A stretch of 32,000 nt of DNA from an uncultured bacterium (GTDB lineage: Bacteria; Margulisbacteria; WOR-1; CAVSGV01). Both the position numbers and the translations under genes were made by a program. How positions within the stretch are numbered: position 1 is the stretch's first letter; each line of letters opens with the position of its first letter. Where the stretch lies: contig OY969425.1 in assembly GCA_963699255.1 (NCBI GenBank), positions 300,001-332,000 on the forward strand, given 5' to 3'. The notes under the pieces are model-generated. The model was not told the DNA's origin. It made no database searches and saw nothing but the letters and a program-made list of their open reading frames with translations. Positions 9,152-14,587 of this stretch are shown piece by piece.

Positions 9152-9197
9152 AATTTCCAATTCACAATTTACAATTTGACATTTATTATTGGAAATT
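9152..9197. repeat. 10-bp perfect inverted repeat enclosing three tandem heptamers (candidate origin or recombination site)
   Basis: AATTTCCAAT (9152-9161) and ATTGGAAATT (9188-9197) are exact reverse complements. The 26-bp spacer contains ACAATTT (9164-9170), ACAATTT (9171-9177) and GACATTT (9178-9184). Confidence 0.6.
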
Positions 9198-9326
9198 GGT
9201 CATTACCCGAAGGGTTGGCTCCCCCTAGTAGACATGTTCAGGAACCGACTTATTAAGGTTGAGCTTAGCCTTCAATACATTAAATCTATTTATTCTTGTC
9301 TTAGAATTGAACCCGTAATTGTTTAA

Positions 9327-9659
9327 CTAATGTGGTTTTGGCGAACTGAGAAAATCAAACAGAAATTTAAGAGCAACTCCAAGAACTACAAGAAAAATGG
9401 CCCAAAGAGCATCCCCCCATTGTTTGAGTCTAGAAAAGACCGCATTTCTATCAACTTCTTGGATTAGTTTTTTTATTTCATTTTTTATATTTTCATCCTT
9501 TTTTACCATAGAACAAAAGAGATCGCAAAATAATTTATCTAGTTTTTTTGAATCCTTTGACGCTTCTTCCAATGCAAGAGCAATTTGTTCTGGTTTTAAT
9601 CTATTTTCAAGTACCGTTACGCGGTCTTTTATGCTTGGTTTATCAACATTACCTGCCAT
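9327..9659 (-). CDS. hypothetical 110-aa protein: charged helical N-terminal part plus a single C-terminal TM helix
   Basis: The ORF starts 1 nt after the stop of the upstream 160-aa ORF. Its C-terminal segment WGDALWAIFLVVLGVALKFLFDFL is hydrophobic and the rest is K/E-rich. No family recognised. Confidence 0.6.
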   Translation of the reverse strand: MAGNVDKPSIKDRVTVLENRLKPEQIALALEEASKDSKKLDKLFCDLFCSMVKKDENIKNEIKKLIQEVDRNAVFSRLKQWGDALWAIFLVVLGVALKFLFDFLSSPKPH

Positions 9660-9660
9660 A

Positions 9661-10143
9661 TTATTGTCCTTTTAATTTACCTATCGCATTGTCGACTGCT
9701 AGAAAAAAATCATCAATCTTCTTATTTCCCGCACTATATCCTAAACTAAATTCGTCTTCAGGAAATTCAATTGATATTTCGGCTCTTTTTTCTCCGTTTT
9801 CCACATTAAGAGATCTTTTAACGCCCCCAATTATATCTCTTAAATAAGTGGAATCAGATTTAATGTCTTGACCAGTATCAGCAATGGTAACTTTAATCAA
9901 TTTTGCCTTTGTTAGGATATACACAAGAATTCCTTCTGCCCCTTGCGATAAGGTAGCGGGAATAACAAGACATTCTGTCACAGTATCCCCATTAACTATC
10001 TTTGTAATAAATTCAGGGAAGGTGGTTTTATCAAGCCGACTAAGTAGGGTGTCATCATCATAACTATATACTTTATCCAATATGATTTGAATTTTATCTG
10101 CGCCTTCGGCTAATGGTTGAACTTTGCTTACATTGTCGTCCAT
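9661..10143 (-). CDS. hypothetical 160-aa soluble protein (beta-rich core plus C-terminal helix, possibly PH-like)
   Basis: Clean ORF and first gene of a two-gene minus-strand operon. It has alternating beta-like segments (TECLVIPATL, GILVYILTKAKLIKVTIA, RAEISIEFPEDEFSLGY) and a terminal helix KKIDDFFLAVDNAIGKLK. The fold assignment is only an inference. Confidence 0.6.
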   Translation of the reverse strand: MDDNVSKVQPLAEGADKIQIILDKVYSYDDDTLLSRLDKTTFPEFITKIVNGDTVTECLVIPATLSQGAEGILVYILTKAKLIKVTIADTGQDIKSDSTYLRDIIGGVKRSLNVENGEKRAEISIEFPEDEFSLGYSAGNKKIDDFFLAVDNAIGKLKGQ

Positions 10144-10152
10144 ATATGTTTT

Positions 10153-10182
10153 ATATTACCTTTTTATAATATTGATGTCAAT
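10153..10182 (-). promoter_or_regulatory. candidate promoter with overlapping palindrome for the 10143-9327 operon
   Basis: On the minus strand: TTGACA (10181-10176), a 17-nt spacer, then TAATAT (10158-10153). The ATG at 10143 lies only 9 nt downstream of the -10. The palindrome ATTGA-TG-TCAAT (10171-10182) overlaps the -35. Confidence 0.45.
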
Positions 10183-10369
10183 ACTGCCTAGCCCTCATTT
10201 GTTGTGCCACTTAGACTTATTCTGTCCCTAATATACCTAAAATTATGTAGATCAGCGTTACCGCAATGGATAGCTCCATTTATACTCATTATAATGAATC
10301 GGACTAAACGGTATTTCAAGAATGCTTTGATCAATGATATAATAATAATTGATTTGAAGAAGTAATGAT

Positions 10370-11230
10370 ATGACAACACAAAAAAACCAGCAGTTGCGCG
10401 ATAAACTCGACAGCGTTGACAGCAGGGCAAACCAACCACGGCCAACTCAAGGACAAGCTAAGATGCTTCGCTATATAGAAGACCTTATCCGAAATAAACA
10501 ATTTAAGCGACTGATTAAAAGGTTAAGAAACCTGAGCAAACTTCGCACTATGCCTAAAGGTAACTATTATGACTGGACTCTTGAAGAACAAAAAAAACAT
10601 GATGGGATAAACAATGAGCTTCATTCAATCGCTCAAGGATATGAGGCTTTGCGTAAAAGATGCAAAAAGGTCTTGAGGAAAAAAGATTCTGTTGTGAGAG
10701 AAAAAATTGCGTCTGATTACGGGTTAGATAATGATTTAATAAACCACGCCTTGGCCTTACTTGGAAAGAATGAGGAAACCATAAAATGGTCAAAAAAGGA
10801 AATTGATCCTGATATGTGCAAATTGATTGATTTGTATGAAGAAGAAATGAGCCCTCTCAATAAAGGGGAAGAGATTATATATCTAAACCTTGTCCGACAG
10901 CTCCTAATTACAGCATATCCCGTTGCTATCGCCATTCACCCAAGAGCCTCAAAAAGAGATGTTTTAGATTATATTGAGAAGCGATGGAAATGGATTGACG
11001 CAAAACAATGGATGTTTAACCAAAAAGGTGCACTTAAAATCAAGAAAAGAAAGCATAGCCAAGAAATGATCGATTTTATATGGGCAAATCGTTCTTTGCC
11101 AGCAAAGCAAATTGAGAAAAAGCTCAATAAAAAGTTTCCAAATAATGAGCTTGTCTACTACGAAATAAGCAAGATAATCCAAATTGAAAAGCAAAGACGC
11201 TTCAAAGACTTAACTGCTACCGAAAAATAA
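10370..11230 (+). CDS. hypothetical 286-aa protein (basic, possible C-terminal helix-turn-helix)
   Basis: Long uninterrupted ORF in an AT-rich region where random ORFs are short. The C-terminal segment SQEMIDFIWANRSLPAKQIEKKLNKKFPNNELVYYEISKII looks HTH-like. No family recognised. Confidence 0.65.
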   Translation: MTTQKNQQLRDKLDSVDSRANQPRPTQGQAKMLRYIEDLIRNKQFKRLIKRLRNLSKLRTMPKGNYYDWTLEEQKKHDGINNELHSIAQGYEALRKRCKKVLRKKDSVVREKIASDYGLDNDLINHALALLGKNEETIKWSKKEIDPDMCKLIDLYEEEMSPLNKGEEIIYLNLVRQLLITAYPVAIAIHPRASKRDVLDYIEKRWKWIDAKQWMFNQKGALKIKKRKHSQEMIDFIWANRSLPAKQIEKKLNKKFPNNELVYYEISKIIQIEKQRRFKDLTATEK

Positions 11231-11306
11231 CGTGGGTCGGTAACTTCTTATCTAATTATTCTGCAAGCAGGTAACCTTATGGCATAACCATTAAAGGTTG
11301 CTTGTT

Positions 11307-11576
11307 ATGCAAGACACAAATAAAGATCAACAAAACAAGAATCTTCAAATAAAGGATTGCTCCTCCGAAGCCCGACGGAATCTTGTCGGCTTCTTTGGGT
11401 TGCCTATTACAGACGATAAACAAACGACACATGACATGGACATCAGTAATTTATCTTTTAGTGATGAAGAGATTAAAAGGATTGCTGATGTCCTCGCTAT
11501 TTTAATTAAAGTCGACCAAAGAATAAAGGGAACAAAAAGGGAGGTGAACATAAATGAAGGAAATATTAAAGCTTGA
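11307..11576 (+). CDS. hypothetical 89-aa protein
   Basis: ATG 11307 lies about 10 nt after AAAGG. The ORF track begins at TTG 11298. Same strand and tightly packed with downstream genes. No motif recognised. Confidence 0.4.
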   Translation: MQDTNKDQQNKNLQIKDCSSEARRNLVGFFGLPITDDKQTTHDMDISNLSFSDEEIKRIADVLAILIKVDQRIKGTKREVNINEGNIKA

Positions 11577-11688
11577 AAAAGCATTGCGTGAAATTTTTGC
11601 AAAGAATTATAAAGAAGAGTTATCTAGACGGGTTAAGAAAGGACTTGAAGAAGCAAAAAAGCGAAAAAATGAAACCAATAATAAGTGA
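11554..11688 (+). CDS. 44-aa basic helical ORF (below the ORF-track cutoff)
   Basis: ATG 11554 is preceded by a strong RBS GGGAGGTG (11539-11546, 7-nt spacing). Translation by hand: MKEILKLEKALREIFAKNYKEELSRRVKKGLEEAKKRKNETNNK, stop TGA 11686-11688. It overlaps both neighbours. Residues IFAKNYKEELSRRVKKGLEEAKKRK resemble the alpha-E helix of serine recombinases (FAEFERELISERTKAGLAAAKARGK pattern). Confidence 0.4.
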   Translation: MKEILKLEKALREIFAKNYKEELSRRVKKGLEEAKKRKNETNNK

Positions 11689-11965
11689 GATACAAATAAC
11701 GCCGATCAAGGCAAAAGACGGGCTGATTGCTATTGCCAGCTTTGTCTATAACGAGGATTTTTATATGGGGTCAATCGGGATATACACAAGGCCGCAGGCC
11801 GGATACCGATTGACCTACCCCACCCGTAAGACCGCTAACGGTAGTTTCAATCTTTTCCATCCGATTAACAAAACCATTGCGGATGAAATTGAGAAAGCAG
11901 TAATCAGCAAATTTGAAGAGGTAATGAATCTGTATGATAGACACAATAGTATTAACACTGAGTAA
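11669..11965 (+). CDS. SpoVG-fold nucleic-acid-binding protein homologue
   Basis: MKPIISEIQITPIKAKDGLIAIASFVYNEDFYMGSIGIYTRPQAGYRLTYPTRKTANGSFNLFHPINKTIADEIEKAVISKF aligns by eye with B. subtilis SpoVG ([34 protein letters not shown]...[34 protein letters not shown]). ATG 11669 fits the family N-terminus. The track ORF starts earlier at TTG 11573. Confidence 0.75.
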   Translation: MKPIISEIQITPIKAKDGLIAIASFVYNEDFYMGSIGIYTRPQAGYRLTYPTRKTANGSFNLFHPINKTIADEIEKAVISKFEEVMNLYDRHNSINTE

Positions 11966-13103
11966 AGATATGTTTTATATAACCGAACCGGATAAATTTA
12001 CGCCATCGGCTCGCTGGCTTGATGCTAACACAAGCCTATCGGGAAGCCGTGCCTATATCACTTCCAAGCAAAACCCGATAAAAACCGAATTGCTTGACGG
12101 CCTTTATAAGCCCCGCCTTACTTTAACCAACCGTTTTAACCATACTGGAAGCTTTGAAGCTTCATTAAAAATCGAGCTATCCTTACCCAAACTTCTATAT
12201 GGAAATAACTTTGATGAATTGAAAGATTCCGATTTTGAATCGGTCTCAAACAAATTACAGGAACGGCTACAAGAAATGGGCGTTCATGTTTTTAAGCATT
12301 TACTTATCAAAGCCCTTGTTTCAGCGGTGCATTATTCAAAAAACATACCGCTTACCGACGGGACAACACCTTATCACTTCATAAAGAAAATTCGAGAAGC
12401 CAATATCACTCAAGCCCTCGATGCTAACCAAACCGATTTCCGCAATGATGGCCATAGTTTTAAGTGGCATTGCAATTCTTATGAAGTCGCATTTTATGAC
12501 AAGATCAAAGACCTTGAATTTTCAAAGAAAAGCACAAAACGGGCAATAGAAAAAGATAATATTATGCAACTGGGGCTTTTTGATGCTTTGCAAAAAAGAA
12601 AACCCTTTGAGGTCTTGAGGATGGAAGTAAGGCTAAATAAACGGCAAAAAATAAGCCAGGTTTTCAAAAGGCTTGGGATTGACAGCGAGGTAACCTTTCA
12701 AAGTGTTTTTGATTCCAAAAAATCTCAATTAGTCTTATCGTATTATCTTGTCGAAGTCGAGAAGCAAAGGTCAGCCCTATTGGATCGGACATATAACGAT
12801 CCCCAAACATTATTAGCTGATATTGTCATAAGCAATCCAAAACTGAAAGCAAGACAGGCATTACAGGTGTTTGGATTAAAGCAGGCGTTTGATAAAATCG
12901 GGATGCGGGAGCTAAGGAAGATACTTAACAGATTAAGCGATCGATCTTGGTATCGTTTAGTTAATACTATCAAGCAAGTGAAGCTTGCGAAAAAGAATGA
13001 CACTTTCGGGGTTATCCGCAAACATCTATTATCTTTTGAACCCCTAAAGTTAGCTAATTTTCAAAATGCCATCGAAGATAGAAAGGGCTTGAACAGCGTA
13101 TGA
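11934..13103 (+). CDS. rolling-circle replication initiator-like protein (Rep_trans / phage gene II-CRI superfamily)
   Basis: 389 aa. The N-terminus MIDTIVLTLSKDMF resembles f1 gpII MIDMLVLRLPF. The central pair of motifs SYEVAFYDKIKDLE ... FEVLRMEVRLNKRQKI matches the pT181 RepC pattern RIYNKKQE ... WRVEIELKR and the gpII pattern LVRFEARIKTRYLK. RBS GAGGT lies 9 nt upstream. The gene overlaps the SpoVG-like gene by 32 nt. Confidence 0.6.
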   Translation: MIDTIVLTLSKDMFYITEPDKFTPSARWLDANTSLSGSRAYITSKQNPIKTELLDGLYKPRLTLTNRFNHTGSFEASLKIELSLPKLLYGNNFDELKDSDFESVSNKLQERLQEMGVHVFKHLLIKALVSAVHYSKNIPLTDGTTPYHFIKKIREANITQALDANQTDFRNDGHSFKWHCNSYEVAFYDKIKDLEFSKKSTKRAIEKDNIMQLGLFDALQKRKPFEVLRMEVRLNKRQKISQVFKRLGIDSEVTFQSVFDSKKSQLVLSYYLVEVEKQRSALLDRTYNDPQTLLADIVISNPKLKARQALQVFGLKQAFDKIGMRELRKILNRLSDRSWYRLVNTIKQVKLAKKNDTFGVIRKHLLSFEPLKLANFQNAIEDRKGLNSV

Positions 13104-13510
13104 ACAGCGAGAAAAGGCATAATGCCACAGACACAGGGCAAACGAGGCTCACAGGGGCTATTATCACGCATTATAGGCCCTTATGGCGGATTACTGATGA
13201 TGCCTATGACAGGTATTATCAATCCTTCAGGGATAAGATAGCCGAAATTGATGCGAGGTTAGCACTACTTCAAGATGCCGAAGATAATTACTATATCACT
13301 GTAAAATACTTGCTAGATGTGGCTAAACGGGCAAACGATCTATTTGTCCGTTCGGAAGTTGAGGAAAAACGACAGATCATCAAGCTTATACTTCCGAACC
13401 TTAGGATGGATGGCAATACTTTGCGATATGAAGCACAAAAACCGTTTGATTTTCTACTCGCTTATGCGGATAGTAAAGGAAAGCTCCCCCGAGAGGACTC
13501 GAACCTCTAA
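13100..13510 (+). pseudogene. large serine recombinase, C-terminal fragment only (coiled-coil / C-terminal region); no catalytic domain
   Basis: ITDDAYDRYYQSFRDKIAEIDARLALLQDAEDNYYITVKYLLDVAKRANDLFVRSEVEEKRQIIKLILPNLRMDGNTLRYEAQKPFDFLL matches the recalled C-terminal consensus of large serine recombinases (..AN..Y...G..LLELA..A..LF......EKRRLLNFVLSN......L....R.PFDLL). The ATG overlaps the Rep stop (ATGA at 13100). The last 27 nt run into the tRNA 3' end. Confidence 0.55.
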
Positions 13511-13793
13511 CCAATCGGTTACAAGAACCTCAAAATTACTTTTGAGCTTGGACTATCTCATCACCCTTATTAACGGTCTAAAGGGGTCGGGCGCTGATGA
13601 GGTTTATTGGTTGGGATCCTCACCCTCTAGTCTCTGCACGTTACCGCCTACTTTAAACCCTTCGGCGATCTTCGCTCAGGATTATCCTTAGACAACCTAA
13701 GGACTTCCCTGAATTCACCCGATTTTTCAACCCCGGTTACCCGGGGAAGCTGCCACTTGACAGCCGATTGCTCTACCATTGAGCTACAGGGGA
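13484..13793 (-). tRNA. tRNA-Asn (anticodon GUU) interrupted by a 238-nt group I intron; exons 13793-13760 and 13521-13484
   Basis: The spliced sequence is UCCCCUG UA GCUC AAUGGUA GAGC A AUCGG CUGU|UAA CCGAU UGGUU AGAGG UUCGAGU CCUCU CGGGGGA G (72 nt). It forms a full cloverleaf with a 7-bp acceptor stem (one G.U), U1-A72, discriminator G73 and anticodon loop CUGUUAA, as in E. coli tRNA-Asn. CCA is not encoded. Confidence 0.85.
13522..13759 (-). ncRNA. group I (self-splicing type) intron in the tRNA anticodon loop
   Basis: - P1: the 5' exon ends in U, and exon GCUGU pairs with intron GCAGC (13753-13749), giving a U.G pair at the splice site.
- P2: CCCCGG-GUAA-CCGGGG (13746-13731).
- P-like element GAAUUCAGGGAAG and Q-like element AAUCCUGAGC, forming P4 CAGGG/UCCUG.
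- P5: UCCUUAG-GUUGU-CUAAGGA.
- R-like element GUGCAGAGACUAGA (13639-13626) and S-like element GAGAUAGUCC (13559-13550), forming P7 GACUA/UAGUC.
- P9: CUCAAAA-GUAA-UUUUGAG (13546-13529).
- The last intron nucleotide is G (13522). Confidence 0.85.
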
Positions 13794-13811
13794 GCGCCAA
13801 TGGATATGGTC

Positions 13812-13839
13812 ATTCTATCAAGAAATGATTATTTGTCTA
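13812..13839 (-). promoter_or_regulatory. candidate promoter for the tRNA gene
   Basis: On the minus strand: TAGACA (13839-13834), a 16-nt spacer, then TAGAAT (13817-13812). This lies 18 nt upstream of tRNA position 1. Confidence 0.3.
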
Positions 13840-14142
13840 CTTTGAGATAAAGCCCGCATGTAATTCACGGTGACAGTTTGCGCACAACAATTTACACTTA
13901 TTAAGTTCATTTTTTACTTTTTCCTAACTACGAGTGTAACCTTTTGCTGATATCCCGAAATCCTTCTTCGTGTCATCAAGATGATGGAATTCCAATGCAT
14001 CAGGGCATTTAGAATATCCGCAGTTCTCGCAAAAGCCACCTTTTAACTCAATTGCTTTTACCCGCAAATTCCTTCTTTTCTTTTTGACCGCTTCTATCAG
14101 ATACTTGCGTCTGTCCTTATATGTTCTTGTATCTTTATTCAT
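13837..14142 (-). pseudogene. small HNH endonuclease with an in-frame TAG (13924-13926) at a conserved Trp position
   Basis: The track ORF ends ...FGISAKGYTRS*. Reading through the TAG in the same frame gives EKVKNELNKCKLLCANCHRELHAGFISK*. This restores the CxxC ... HH ... CxxCH architecture of about-100-aa HNH proteins, whose consensus as I recall it has RSWE at this point. TGG to TAG is a single transition. Confidence 0.8.
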
Positions 14143-14236
14143 ATAATGAAGTATATCAAATTAGCTCAAAGCTTTATAGGGTTCAGATAAACAGGTTGCG
14201 AAACTTGTCCAGCCGGGGAGGAATTTTTTTGTTTCT

Positions 14237-14515
14237 TTAGGTTATGCTCTTGGTCGGATCGTTGAAAATGAGGAATCTTTTCATCGCTTCCTCTTTGGGG
14301 TCGCTCAATATATTCGTGCTTTGAGCCATCATCGCCGTATCGAGAAGGTTCTTCGCCTTCTTTGTTTCACCTGATTTTGTCAATTGATCATTTTCGGCGA
14401 TTATTTCGCTGCTTTTGGTGTCCATCTTATTCTGCACAATCCTGTTTTTTCTCAGGCTGTCACTTACAGCATTATTAAGATTCTGAGCAAGCTTGTTTAT
14501 GTCTTGTATATCCAT
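14237..14515 (-). CDS. hypothetical 92-aa protein
   Basis: ATG at 14515 (MDIQDINKLAQNL...) lies about 8 nt after GGGGGT. The track ORF starts 8 codons earlier. Hydrophilic and Q/N/K-rich, with no motif recognised. Confidence 0.45.
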   Translation of the reverse strand: MDIQDINKLAQNLNNAVSDSLRKNRIVQNKMDTKSSEIIAENDQLTKSGETKKAKNLLDTAMMAQSTNILSDPKEEAMKRFLIFNDPTKSIT

Positions 14516-14544
14516 TTGATTATACCCCCATCCATACATATATT

Positions 14545-14554
14545 CGTATCAAGG
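14545..14554. repeat. right copy of the 10-bp direct repeat CGTATCAAGG
   Basis: Read directly from the sequence. Identical to 9128-9137. Confidence 0.6.
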
Positions 14555-14587
14555 CAAGGAATTCTTGCATCTATTTTCCAACTTTCA

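Larger units (their letters stand above)
9128..14554. mobile_element. AT-rich ~5.4-kb genomic island / degenerate integrated rolling-circle replicon
   Basis: A perfect 10-bp direct repeat CGTATCAAGG sits at both ends (9128-9137 and 14545-14554). Composition visibly drops in GC exactly between the repeats. Content is mobile-type: Rep_trans-like initiator, serine recombinase remnant, HNH endonuclease, intron-containing tRNA and orphan ORFs. Confidence 0.6.

Noticed and set aside
9164-9184. CRISPR array or other long tandem-repeat locus
   Set aside because: There are only three 7-bp units with no spacers, and no repeat-spacer periodicity was seen anywhere else in the window.
10188-10445. 85-aa minus-strand ORF in the island's divergent promoter region
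   Set aside because: It overlaps the start of the 286-aa plus-strand gene and the promoter and palindrome region. It has no RBS and an odd composition.
13317-13691. 124-aa plus-strand ORF in the track, and the similar tail of 13100-13510
   Set aside because: It overlaps the antisense of the tRNA 3' exon and most of the group I intron, out of frame with the recombinase-like ORF. It has low-complexity composition and no RBS, so it is a shadow ORF.
13484-13793. Alternative tRNA identities (Thr-UGU, Thr-GGU or Asp-GUC) from other exon-junction choices in the duplicated CTGT.../...CTTGTAA loop sequences
   Set aside because: Only the CUGU|UAA junction puts a U before the 5' splice site (U.G in P1) and a G as the last intron base. 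U1-A72 with G73 also fits tRNA-Asn rather than Thr or Asp.
13924-13926. TAG reassignment (alternative genetic code or phage-type amber recoding) as the explanation for the in-frame stop in the HNH gene
   Set aside because: TAG is used as an apparently genuine terminator elsewhere in the window: hss at 3123-3125, GIY-YIG at 23131-23133, the MbhD-like gene at 31142-31144 and the island ORF ending at 9327-9329. No other gene shows in-frame TAG codons. A point mutation or sequencing error is more economical.
9128-14554. Filamentous (inovirus-type) prophage, suggested by the gpII-like Rep
   Set aside because: There is no Zot/gpI-type morphogenesis ATPase, no recognisable major-coat-like gene set, and the size is only 5.4 kb with a tRNA and an HNH gene. 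It is better described as a degenerate integrated rolling-circle plasmid or satellite-like element.
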